A stretch of 64,000 bases of DNA from Puniceicoccaceae bacterium (GTDB lineage Bacteria > Verrucomicrobiota > Verrucomicrobiia > Opitutales > Oceanipulchritudinaceae). Positions 47,024-56,187 of this stretch are shown in pieces. Made by a program: the position numbers and the translations under genes. The DNA is taken from positions 56,386-120,385 of the forward strand of contig JBFOMH010000026.1 of the NCBI GenBank assembly GCA_040830765.1, written 5' to 3'. The number at the start of each line of letters is the position of its first letter. The stretch's first letter is position 1. Below the pieces are notes generated by a model. That model was not told the origin of the DNA and did not search any database. It saw nothing but the letters and a program-made list of their open reading frames with translations.

Positions 47024-49822
47024 TCAAACTTCGCTGATGGCATCGGCGACAAGTGCTGAAGTCTGAATGGCGGCGAGTCCCCATTGTGCGCTTTGATTTG
47101 TGGAGACCCATGTTGCCTCATCGACAGGATTGAGGACGTTTGGACCCTCTATCGGCTCGGTTTTAAGTTTAGGCTTCCAGCCCTTCCAATTGTTATTCAG
47201 GAACTCTGAGGCTGCGCGCGCTGCCAGGCGGTCATCCTGATTTGTTGCAGCAGCATACGCGGTGATACGGGAATGGGCGCTTGGGAAACCCGGGGCTTTG
47301 AATTTTTCTCCTAATTCCTTGTCGAGAACTTCCCGGGGGGCGTTCCATAATTCACAATACTGCAGCCATGCCGCCTTGAATTCCGGGATGTCGAATACTT
47401 GTATCAGCTCAGCAACTACTTCCGGCAGTCCGAACATGATGCTCAGATGGGATGCCATGGGGGGTTCGTTTTCCGGTGGGGTCATTTCCTTGGTCTCCGG
47501 ATCAAACCAGAACCGGTTGGTAAAGAATCCCCATCTGGAGCTGCCGATTGACCGCATGCTGTTCTCAATCCATGCACGGTATTTTGGATCACCTGTACGC
47601 TCATATGCAGTCAGCCAATTGGAGACAGCTGCACCGTAATCCGTTCCAACTGAGATGCGACAGCGGGTGGCATCCCTGGGCTCAAAAAACTCTGGCTTGG
47701 TTGCATCGAAGGAGACTTTTCTGCGGGCGTTCAGGGTGGCCAGTTGACGATCCGCCTCGACAACCTCCCTCAATACGTCTCCTGTCCGCTCATCCGTCGT
47801 GAGATAATAATGAAAACGCCTGTTCATGCAGGTACTGATGCGTAGTTGCTTGGCACTGCATCCCCAGTGCTGGACGTTGTGGCGGGTTCCAAATCCGGCA
47901 AAGCGGCCCAGATGATAGATGTCCACGTCCCGGTTGTGGCGGTTCATGGCCTCCGCCAGTCGAAACGCATCCGGATTACCACTACGCAGGAAAGTGTACC
48001 ATAACCACATGTCGGTGGATAATTCTGAGTTATCCCAAGCGTAGCCGCCTACATCGTAGCGCCAGACATGGCGGTCCGCATCGTAGGTGTGCATGACATC
48101 ACCGTAGTCCCAGAATCCGTACCAGTGATGTTGGTCCACTTGTTTCTTGTAGAACTGTATGGACCAATCCAATCGGTCTTCCATGGCAGCTAGCTTCCCC
48201 GAGGAACGATTGGGCAGATTCCACATTGTGCTGAAAACCTTTGCCCGAAGCATATCCTCCGGACGTGGGACCAACTGGGGCGGGGTGAAGATGGAATCAG
48301 CGATTTTTACCAACTCCTCCCTTGATGGTGTGCTGGCGACCACCTTCAGGGTAATGTCTGTCGACCGGGCCACCCCGTTGGGCGTCCCGAAGCCAGGCTC
48401 GTAATCCTCATACGTAACCTGAAGGGCATCCACCTGCTTCTCGTAGGGATGGTTGGGCATGCTTGGTTCGATGCCATCAATCTTAACTCCCGGTATGGGT
48501 CCTGTGACTTCCTGCCCAAGTCCATCATGGTAAAAGCGAAGGTCCATCGCAGGCGAATCGGGTGACCACATCCAGATCGTTACTTGTGCGAGGTCAGTTG
48601 CTGCATTGCGGATATCCATCTGGGTTGGGTGAAGCTTCCAGAAATCCCGCATGCCAAAGACAACGCCTCCGGATGCTCCTCCAACATAGCCCAGTCCCTC
48701 CGAGCGATGTCCCTGGGCTGCGTTGATCCAGCCGCATCCGGGCTTTGTGCGTTTGCGAATGGAAAAGCCATTGGCATCCATCTGGGACAGGCTGAAGTCT
48801 CCCCAGGTTGGAATCCAATGCAAGCGCGTGCTTACATCCTCTGACCAGGTTCGGATGTCGGGCACTTTCTCCCCGGCTATTTGAGCGGCCCTGACCTCCT
48901 TGCCTGGATCCCTTCGTAATCCAGTCAGTCCTTGCACGGACTCGCCCCACAAGCCGTTTTCCTGAGCGGCAAACCGTATGTGCCGGTTGTAGAGCTCATC
49001 CTTCATGGGGACGCTAAATCGCAGTCCCAATCCGCTAATGTAGTCCTCCTGTTCATCCCCATCAAATACGAAGGTATGCGTTATGCGAATTGAGTCACTG
49101 CCGGCATGAAAGTATAGCCTCAAAATGAAGGGGAGCCAGTCGCGACCTGCATCCGTCCGATGCAACCCTTCAATCCTCACCACTGCGCGAATCGGCCCGT
49201 CTTGCTCAATCGATACCGATTGGATTTCACTGGTGAATTCCTCCCGTTTATTGCCCGGCTCCGGGGAATCCTGGCGGGAACCAACCAACTGTCCGTCCAT
49301 GAGAATTATGGTACCATCGCGCTTGACGGCACTTATCAGGGATGCGCCTTTCCTTGGCAGGGTACACCTGATGCGGCCGGTATCGACAACGACCCCCTTG
49401 GATTCTGTCTCAATCCGTACCGGTGACGGATGTGCTTCCGGCGGTCCCGGTATAATCTCATAGTATGCACTGCCAGGCTCATCCGGGGCTAACGTGTGTC
49501 CCGTCCATTTTAAACTGCCATCGGGCCAGGTCGCTGTGGTCCACGTCTGCATGGGGACAGCCTTGCCCTCCGGTGTCAGCAGGGTGAATTCGGTTCCCTC
49601 GGCATACTTTCCCATTGGCCAGGGCACGCCAAATGGGGTCCCCTCATGATAGATCGAAGTCCCTCCTTCCACCCAGCGTAGCCGCGTCGGCTCCTTGCCA
49701 AGTGTCTTCAGGGGATGCTCATTCGCGGTTTGGGTTTGGCCCGCCTCTGCTTTCAAGGAAGACACTGTTGCCGCTATTAACGAGCTGTTGCGGATGAATT
49801 GCCGACGACTGAGATTGCTCAT
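47024..49822 (-). CDS. Tat-exported exo-rhamnogalacturonan lyase family protein (PL26; PcRGLX/YetA-like)
   Basis: Tat motif SRRQFI; GVPWP, WPDGSLKW, WYGFWDYGDVMHTYD...WRYDVGGYAWDNSEL, GTRHNVQHWG. Confidence 0.82.
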   Translation of the reverse strand: MSNLSRRQFIRNSSLIAATVSSLKAEAGQTQTANEHPLKTLGKEPTRLRWVEGGTSIYHEGTPFGVPWPMGKYAEGTEFTLLTPEGKAVPMQTWTTATWPDGSLKWTGHTLAPDEPGSAYYEIIPGPPEAHPSPVRIETESKGVVVDTGRIRCTLPRKGASLISAVKRDGTIILMDGQLVGSRQDSPEPGNKREEFTSEIQSVSIEQDGPIRAVVRIEGLHRTDAGRDWLPFILRLYFHAGSDSIRITHTFVFDGDEQEDYISGLGLRFSVPMKDELYNRHIRFAAQENGLWGESVQGLTGLRRDPGKEVRAAQIAGEKVPDIRTWSEDVSTRLHWIPTWGDFSLSQMDANGFSIRKRTKPGCGWINAAQGHRSEGLGYVGGASGGVVFGMRDFWKLHPTQMDIRNAATDLAQVTIWMWSPDSPAMDLRFYHDGLGQEVTGPIPGVKIDGIEPSMPNHPYEKQVDALQVTYEDYEPGFGTPNGVARSTDITLKVVASTPSREELVKIADSIFTPPQLVPRPEDMLRAKVFSTMWNLPNRSSGKLAAMEDRLDWSIQFYKKQVDQHHWYGFWDYGDVMHTYDADRHVWRYDVGGYAWDNSELSTDMWLWYTFLRSGNPDAFRLAEAMNRHNRDVDIYHLGRFAGFGTRHNVQHWGCSAKQLRISTCMNRRFHYYLTTDERTGDVLREVVEADRQLATLNARRKVSFDATKPEFFEPRDATRCRISVGTDYGAAVSNWLTAYERTGDPKYRAWIENSMRSIGSSRWGFFTNRFWFDPETKEMTPPENEPPMASHLSIMFGLPEVVAELIQVFDIPEFKAAWLQYCELWNAPREVLDKELGEKFKAPGFPSAHSRITAYAAATNQDDRLAARAASEFLNNNWKGWKPKLKTEPIEGPNVLNPVDEATWVSTNQSAQWGLAAIQTSALVADAISEV

Positions 49823-49868
49823 CTTTGAAGCTTGATCCTATTCCTCACGGATGTAACTTCCGTTCGAA

Positions 49869-49915
49869 TCAGACAGTCAGAATTCGATGGACTTGATCTT
49901 TCTCTGACTGTAAGA
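49869..49915. promoter_or_regulatory. Two TCWKAC-N-GTMWGA sites in the divergent PL26/LacI promoter
   Basis: TCAGACAGTCAGA (49869-49881) and TCTGACTGTAAGA (49903-49915). Confidence 0.65.
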
Positions 49916-49947
49916 TAGCGGTCGATTTCTACTCTAAATATACCCTT

Positions 49948-50979
49948 ATGCCGAAAGAAAAAATCCAAACCGTGCGGGCCTTGGCCCGCGAACTTGGGGT
50001 ATCCCACACGACCGTCTCGGATGCCTTGCGCAACAACCCGCGCGTCAGCGTAAAGACCCGTGAGCGGGTCCAGCGGGCGGCCCGTGAGCTGGGATACCAT
50101 TACAATCCGTTGGCAGGGGCAATCATGTCGGAGATCCGCCGGTCCTCGGTGGGGACATTCCACGGCATCGTGGCGATTGTGGATCTGGAAAGTGACAAGG
50201 ATCGCCGTCCGGGCGCCAAGCCTTATCATGCGGAGATGCTCCGCGGTGCGAGGGACGCCGCGGGGCGCCTGGGTTTCAAGGTCGATTACTTCATTCTTGG
50301 AGAGGAACATATCCCGGTGAGCCGGTTAAATGGGATTCTTGAATCCCGCGGAATCCATGCGGCCTTGTTTCTTCCGGTATCCGGAAAGCCAGAAATTTCC
50401 GAATTCAACTGGGAATACCTGACAGGGATATATACGGATTACCTGATCGATGATCCCGCGCTCCACACCGTCTGCCCGGACCACTTCCGATCGATGACCA
50501 TTGCCCTGCAAAAGCTGATTGATCTGGGATATACACGGCCGGGTCTTGTTTTGCGTGAGTCCCAGGACAGGAGAACATTATTCCGTTGGGAGGCGGCGTT
50601 TTCTTCATACTGGAGCCGCCACACGGATCATGATCTGACAATCCCCCTGGTCACTAAAGACCTCACCCGTGACACATTTTTAGAGTGGTTTGATGCAACC
50701 AAGCCGGACGTTGTCATGAGCCACCACGCGAGTGTTCTTCAGTGGATGAAGGAAAGGGGCTGCAAAGTACCCGAGACGCATGGATTCTGCTGTTTGAATG
50801 TTGTATCCGCACAAATCAATGCCGCTGGCCTGGACCTCTTGCCCCGGCTGGCCGGGATGCGGGGTATGGAGGCCTTGGTGGCCCAATTGCAGCGGAATGA
50901 GTATGGTATTCCAGAGGCGCCCTCGACCATGACCTATGCCGCAAAGTGGCAGGATGGACCCACGCTTCGGAAGCAGTAG
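49948..50979 (+). CDS. LacI-family transcriptional regulator
   Basis: HTH TVRALARELGVSHTTVSDALRN...TRERVQRAARELGYHYN; ligand-binding domain; LGYTRPGL. Confidence 0.9.
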   Translation: MPKEKIQTVRALARELGVSHTTVSDALRNNPRVSVKTRERVQRAARELGYHYNPLAGAIMSEIRRSSVGTFHGIVAIVDLESDKDRRPGAKPYHAEMLRGARDAAGRLGFKVDYFILGEEHIPVSRLNGILESRGIHAALFLPVSGKPEISEFNWEYLTGIYTDYLIDDPALHTVCPDHFRSMTIALQKLIDLGYTRPGLVLRESQDRRTLFRWEAAFSSYWSRHTDHDLTIPLVTKDLTRDTFLEWFDATKPDVVMSHHASVLQWMKERGCKVPETHGFCCLNVVSAQINAAGLDLLPRLAGMRGMEALVAQLQRNEYGIPEAPSTMTYAAKWQDGPTLRKQ

Positions 50980-51002
50980 CATGCCTCTGGTGAGGGCAAA
51001 AT

Positions 51003-51015
51003 TCTTACCGTCTGA
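51003..51015. promoter_or_regulatory. TCWKAC-N-GTMWGA operator-like site
   Basis: TCTTACCGTCTGA upstream of the SSS transporter. Confidence 0.6.
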
Positions 51016-51095
51016 ATTTCCTTGGGTAGACTACCGGGCAAGCCTTTGCTCAGAGTCCTTTTTTTAACTATCACCCCAATCCTGTATAACTTGTC

Positions 51096-53135
51096 ATGAA
51101 TGGATTTCACTTCCTCGACTTTCTGGCGATCTTCGGCTACCTGGCGGTCGTTTTGTATTTGGGCCGGCGAGCGGCCCACAAGGCTGACTCGAATGAGGAG
51201 GGCTATTTTCTTGCCGGGCGGGGCCTGGGTAAGGTCTACCAGTTCTTCCTGAATTTCGGAAATGCGACGGACGCCAACGGGGCCGTCAGCACAGCCAGCC
51301 TGGTTTACCAGAAAGGGGTCTCGGGCGTCTGGCTCTCCCTGCAAACGCTGTTCATGACACCCTATTACTGGTTCATGAATGTCTGGTTTCGCCGGGTGAG
51401 GCTGGTGACGGTTGCGGATCTTTTCGAGGACCGATTCGGATCCAAGGCCCTGGCCCGCTTTTATGCAATTTTCCAGATCGTGGCGACCGTGATCGTGATC
51501 ATCGGATTTGGGAATCTTGTCTCCTACAAAGTCACCGCTTCCCTTCTTTTGAAAGACGAAGCCAAGTGGACTGTGGAGGAGCGTGCTTCTGTTGAAGGGT
51601 ACCTCGAGTTCCAGACGCTCAAGGAGGGATTTCAGGAGGGAATCTTGACCGCGGAGCAACTCCAGCGCCTGGAAGACCTGGACGACATGGACAAGCGCGG
51701 CGAGCTACGGAGCAATATATCCTATCTGGACAGCACGGCAGGCAAGTGGAGTTACTACGTTATTTATTCATTAGTTGTCGGCGGCTACATCGTCATGGGG
51801 GGATTGGCGGCCGCGGCCATAAATGAGGCTTTCCAGGGGATCCTGATCATCGTCTTTTCGATTCTATTGATTCCCGGAGGCCTGAAAGCGATTGGGGGAT
51901 GGGGCGCCCTTGCCGACAAGGTTCCCCAGGAGAACTTTCAACTACTCAGCAGTGGCGGTATTGGAATCTGGGAACTGGTCGGGGTTTTCCTGATCAGCAT
52001 CAACCCGATCCAAGGAATCATTGGAAACATGGGCGTATCCGGCTCTGCTACGAATGAGTTTGCGGCCCGCTTCGGGGCGACTTCAGGAACCTTTGCCAAG
52101 CGCCTGATGATCATCCTGTGGGCGATTGCCGGATTGATCGCCATTGCCCTTTACCAGAACAGCACCAGCCTTTCCGATCCGGATTCAGCCTGGGGTGCAA
52201 TGGCCCTGCAATTGCTGGGCCCGGGCTTTCTGGGCCTGATGATGGCGGGTTTGCTGGCCGCCAACATGTCAACCATAGCCGCCCAGACGATGGCGGTTTC
52301 GGCACTGTTCACCCGCAACGTCTACAAGTATCTTGTTCCCCATGCCTCGCAGAAGAACCTGATTTTTACGGGTAGGATTGCAATTGTTGCCATCCTTTCG
52401 TGTGGCATTATCGCAGCTGCCTCCATGAACGATGTCTATGCGGTCATTCAATTGCTGCTGACCGTGAATGTACCCTTTGGTGCCTCCGTCCTTTTGATCT
52501 TTTTCTGGCGCAAGCTGACACTGGCCGCGGTTTGGACAACGGTCGTTGTCTCCGCGCTGGTCAATATCGTTGCGCCGGCATGGCTTGCTTATGCCGTACC
52601 CTCTTTGAGGGAGAGCCCTGCTTTGGTTCAGGAGGTCACTCTTGAAGATGGCAGTACCAGTGCCGTCTTTTTCGAATCAGTTGTCCGATCCGATCCGGAT
52701 AATCCTGAAAGTGCCCGCTACGGCCAGGGGCGTCTGCATTTGGAGATCTATACCCTCAGCCTGCTGGGTGTTCCTGTAGAGGATATGAGTCCAAGTGTCC
52801 GGAACGCCTCCCGCTACATCTATGATGCCTTTTTCCCGTTTCTTGTTCTCCTTCTGGTCAGTCTGTTCACCAGGAAACCGGAGGCTCAGCGGGTAGATCG
52901 TTTCTTTGGCAAAATGAAAACGCCCGTGGGCGCGACTCCGGAAGAGGAGGAGGCGGCCATGGCTGAGACCTATGCAAATCCACATCGGTTTGACCACACC
53001 AAGTTGTTCCCGAACTCCTCATGGGAGTTTACCAAGTGGAACAAGTTGGATGCGGTCGGCTTCGCCGTGTGTGTTGGTATTTCCTTTAGCATCCTGGGAA
53101 TCTTTTGGTTCATACTCCGCCTCGCGGCGACATGA
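51096..53135 (+). CDS. Sodium:solute symporter (SSS) family transporter
   Basis: YFLAGRGLG, TVADLFEDRFGS, GLMMAGLLAANMST; many TM segments. Confidence 0.88.
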   Translation: MNGFHFLDFLAIFGYLAVVLYLGRRAAHKADSNEEGYFLAGRGLGKVYQFFLNFGNATDANGAVSTASLVYQKGVSGVWLSLQTLFMTPYYWFMNVWFRRVRLVTVADLFEDRFGSKALARFYAIFQIVATVIVIIGFGNLVSYKVTASLLLKDEAKWTVEERASVEGYLEFQTLKEGFQEGILTAEQLQRLEDLDDMDKRGELRSNISYLDSTAGKWSYYVIYSLVVGGYIVMGGLAAAAINEAFQGILIIVFSILLIPGGLKAIGGWGALADKVPQENFQLLSSGGIGIWELVGVFLISINPIQGIIGNMGVSGSATNEFAARFGATSGTFAKRLMIILWAIAGLIAIALYQNSTSLSDPDSAWGAMALQLLGPGFLGLMMAGLLAANMSTIAAQTMAVSALFTRNVYKYLVPHASQKNLIFTGRIAIVAILSCGIIAAASMNDVYAVIQLLLTVNVPFGASVLLIFFWRKLTLAAVWTTVVVSALVNIVAPAWLAYAVPSLRESPALVQEVTLEDGSTSAVFFESVVRSDPDNPESARYGQGRLHLEIYTLSLLGVPVEDMSPSVRNASRYIYDAFFPFLVLLLVSLFTRKPEAQRVDRFFGKMKTPVGATPEEEEAAMAETYANPHRFDHTKLFPNSSWEFTKWNKLDAVGFAVCVGISFSILGIFWFILRLAAT

Positions 53136-53187
53136 ACTTGGTTAGAATAGTAGTAGGGTAGTACAGGAGTAAGTAGTAATACAGGTT

Positions 53188-53228
53188 AAGGCCTTGTGGG
53201 GATCCTTTCGGTCGCTGCAGGGCCTTTT
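53188..53228 (+). terminator. Probable intrinsic terminator after the SSS gene
   Basis: Stem AAGGCCTTGTGG...CTGCAGGGCCTT (with G-U pairs) followed by a T-rich tail. Confidence 0.5.
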
Positions 53229-53295
53229 CCTTTGCCAAGGTAGGCGCTCTTGTCGCAATGCTTCAGCTTCTCTTCCGGTTGACTTCCCCGCCCCT

Positions 53296-53308
53296 TCTGA
53301 CAGTCTGA
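53296..53308. promoter_or_regulatory. TCWKAC-N-GTMWGA operator-like site
   Basis: TCTGACAGTCTGA upstream of the sulfatase fusion gene. Confidence 0.6.
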
Positions 53309-53391
53309 CTCCGGCACGGTTGCGGTTGTTTGCTGATTGAGGTGTCTTGCCTCAAGTTCCGTCGCTGAATCGATATTTTCCTGACCCCCTT

Positions 53392-55848
53392 ATGAAGACT
53401 TCAGAAACAGTAATCCGTAATTGCCTTGCGTTGTCAGCAATTCTTGCGGTGTTCAGCAGTGAGTGTGATGCCGCTCCATCGTTGGTGGAGACGCGTGCGC
53501 ACAAACCGAACGTGATCCTAATCATGACCGATGACCAGGGGTACAGTGATGTGGGCTTCAACGGTAATCCGATTGTAGAGACACCCGTTTTGGACAAGTT
53601 TGCTTCTGAAGCGACGGTTTTCGACCGGTTTTATGCCTGGCCGGTTTGTTCCCCGACACGGGCCAGCCTAATGACGGGGAGGTACGCACCCCGCACGGGG
53701 GTAATCGATACTCAGGAAGGGATGTCGATTTTGCGCCCTTCGGAGATTACGGTCGCCGAGGTACTGCAAGAGGCAGGCTACAATACAGGGATATTTGGCA
53801 AATGGCACTTGGGAGACAACGCCCCCGCGCGGCCCATCGACCAGGGATTTGATCGGTCGCTGGTTCATGTTGGAGGTATGATTGGAGCACCCTACAGCCC
53901 CCTGGATGCAAATTCCTATTTTGATCCGGTCCTGGTCGAGGATGGTGTGGAAAAGAAGTTTGAGGGGTATTGTGTCGATGTTTTCACCGATGCGGCAATT
54001 GACTTCATCCGTTCATCAGAAGGGAATCCCTTCTTCCTGTTCCTCTCAAACAATACCCCCCATCACCCGCTGACGGTTGCTGAAAGCTATGCCCAGCCTT
54101 ACCTGGATGCCGGCCTGAGTGTGGATACCTCACACTACTATGGCATGATCACCAACCTTGATGACAACTTCGGCAAGTTACTCGATTCATTGGAGGAGAC
54201 CGAAACGCTTGATAACACACTCATTATTTTCCTTGGTGACAATGGCACCTCCAGCCTGCACAAGCAGGAGGACTTGTGGGAGAGCGGTCTGCGTGGCCGG
54301 AAGACCTACGTCTATGAGAACGGGATCCGGGTACCGATGTTCATCAAATTGCCGGGGATGTCGAAGGGCGGTACCCGCTTGAACGACCGGGCAACGGTTG
54401 AAGATATCATGCCGACAATCCTCGATATCTGCGGGCTTTCCACACCGGCCAAGATGGACGGCATCAGCCTGCTTCCCTTGCTTGACGGCGAATCAGAGAG
54501 TTTGCCTGAGCGAAACTTGTACTACCAGTTCCATCGGGGGGTTCTGCCTGAAAGGTACCGGAATGCAGGCGTCATCTCCGGCTCGTACAAATTGGCTCAG
54601 CCCGTCGGGCGAGGGGTGCAGCCATTCTCCCTCGATACCATGCAGTTCGAGTTGTATGATCTGGATAAGGATCCTCTGGAAGAGAACAACATCGCAGCCG
54701 AGCACCCGAATATCGTCGCCCGGATGAAAGCGGATTATGATGCCTGGTTTGATGATGTCACCTCGTCCGGATTTGACCAGGTCCCGACATGGATTGGGGC
54801 CGATGGTCAGGGCAAGGTACAGTTGTCTCGCCAGGACTGGCGGGGTGGGGGCCTCTTCGACGGCGATCTGGGTTATTATGAATTGGATGTGCGGTCTTCG
54901 GGAATCTATCGCATCACCTGCCGCTGGAGTAAGCTCCTCAAGGAGACCCATCCCGTCACCCTCAAAATCGGGGACCAGGTCCTGCAAAAGCAAATATTGT
55001 ACGCTGAGGCACAATGCCGGTTCGACCGGGTCTATCTGCCCGAAGGTCCCTGCCAGCTGGAAGCATGGGTGGAAATCGATGGAACGAAGAATGGATTCCG
55101 CTTTATTGAAATCGAGAAGTTGTCCAACAAGGAGCTCTTTGAACAGGCGGATTCGGTAAGTTGGTCCACGGCTCTCTCTGACCCCTGTACAGACGACTGG
55201 ACCGAGCAGTGGTTCCTCGATGGGGAAGTGGGCCAAGTCACAACCGGCCCGGAAGGGATGGATCTTACCGCCGGACCGGAATTCCGCAACGATGCCCACC
55301 ACATGGTGCTGTGGACCAAAGACGTGTTCGAGGGTGACCTGAAAATCGAATATGAATACACCCGTTTGGACAGTGAGACTCGGTGCGTGAATATCCTCTA
55401 CATACAGGCGACCGGAAGCGGGGAAGAACCCTATGTCGAGGATATCACCGGGTGGAACGAGCTGCGCCGCATCCCCGCCATGCGGATGTATTTCGACCAA
55501 ATGCACACCTATCACATCAGTTATGCCGCCTTCCCCAATGATGAGGATACCACCAGCTACATTCGAGGGCGGCGCTACATGCCCAACCGGACAGGCCTCA
55601 AGGGGACTGAACTGGAGCCCGATTATTTTCCCCAGGGCCTCTTCAAGACGGGGGTCCCGCACAAGATTACCGTCATCAAGCAGGATCGCGATATCTTCAT
55701 GCGGGTTCAGAATCCGGAAAGCACTTCCTACTACCACCTCTCCAATGCTTCCTTGCCGCCCGTGCTCAAGGGAAGAATCGGGCTCAGGCATATGTTTACT
55801 CGTTCCGCCCGCTACAAGGATTTTCAGGTCAGTGTGCCAGCCCGCTGA
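53392..55848 (+). CDS. S1 sulfatase fused to a C-terminal YesU/DUF1961-like domain
   Basis: PNVILIMTDDQG, CSPTR, GKWHLG, GDNG; C-terminal WFLDG...HHMVLW...NILYIQATG...GRIGLRHM resembles DUF1961; likely start 53392. Confidence 0.82.
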   Translation: MKTSETVIRNCLALSAILAVFSSECDAAPSLVETRAHKPNVILIMTDDQGYSDVGFNGNPIVETPVLDKFASEATVFDRFYAWPVCSPTRASLMTGRYAPRTGVIDTQEGMSILRPSEITVAEVLQEAGYNTGIFGKWHLGDNAPARPIDQGFDRSLVHVGGMIGAPYSPLDANSYFDPVLVEDGVEKKFEGYCVDVFTDAAIDFIRSSEGNPFFLFLSNNTPHHPLTVAESYAQPYLDAGLSVDTSHYYGMITNLDDNFGKLLDSLEETETLDNTLIIFLGDNGTSSLHKQEDLWESGLRGRKTYVYENGIRVPMFIKLPGMSKGGTRLNDRATVEDIMPTILDICGLSTPAKMDGISLLPLLDGESESLPERNLYYQFHRGVLPERYRNAGVISGSYKLAQPVGRGVQPFSLDTMQFELYDLDKDPLEENNIAAEHPNIVARMKADYDAWFDDVTSSGFDQVPTWIGADGQGKVQLSRQDWRGGGLFDGDLGYYELDVRSSGIYRITCRWSKLLKETHPVTLKIGDQVLQKQILYAEAQCRFDRVYLPEGPCQLEAWVEIDGTKNGFRFIEIEKLSNKELFEQADSVSWSTALSDPCTDDWTEQWFLDGEVGQVTTGPEGMDLTAGPEFRNDAHHMVLWTKDVFEGDLKIEYEYTRLDSETRCVNILYIQATGSGEEPYVEDITGWNELRRIPAMRMYFDQMHTYHISYAAFPNDEDTTSYIRGRRYMPNRTGLKGTELEPDYFPQGLFKTGVPHKITVIKQDRDIFMRVQNPESTSYYHLSNASLPPVLKGRIGLRHMFTRSARYKDFQVSVPAR

Positions 55849-55938
55849 AGACAGGTGCAGCTGGTCTCTCTGGGCATGAATTTGCGAGTTCAGGGCCTTG
55901 GTCTGTCTTCATCCGTTGCGGGCAATTATTAATCCTTT

Positions 55939-55983
55939 ATTCTTACTGTAAGAATTTATTTTAGGAGCATTCTTACTGTCAGA
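55939..55983. promoter_or_regulatory. Two TCWKAC-N-GTMWGA sites upstream of the TBDR
   Basis: ATTCTTAC-T-GTAAGAAT (55939-55955, perfect arms) and TCTTACTGTCAGA (55971-55983). Confidence 0.7.
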
Positions 55984-56187
55984 CTCGGGTGGTGCTGGAG
56001 TCGCGTTCAGCAGCTTGACTAAACTGTTCCCCGTCACCCCCTCACGCTTTATATCCCTTCTCACTCTCTACAGCCCCCTTTCTCTCTCCATAAACCAAAA
56101 CCACCAACCCAAATACCCAAAAATTTCAGGATGACAGGTAACCACCGAATGTCTCATCCTGATTCCACAACCAACAACCACTGAACT

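Noticed and set aside
54493..55791. 432-aa minus-strand ORF
   Set aside because: Antisense shadow of the sulfatase fusion; no recognisable motifs
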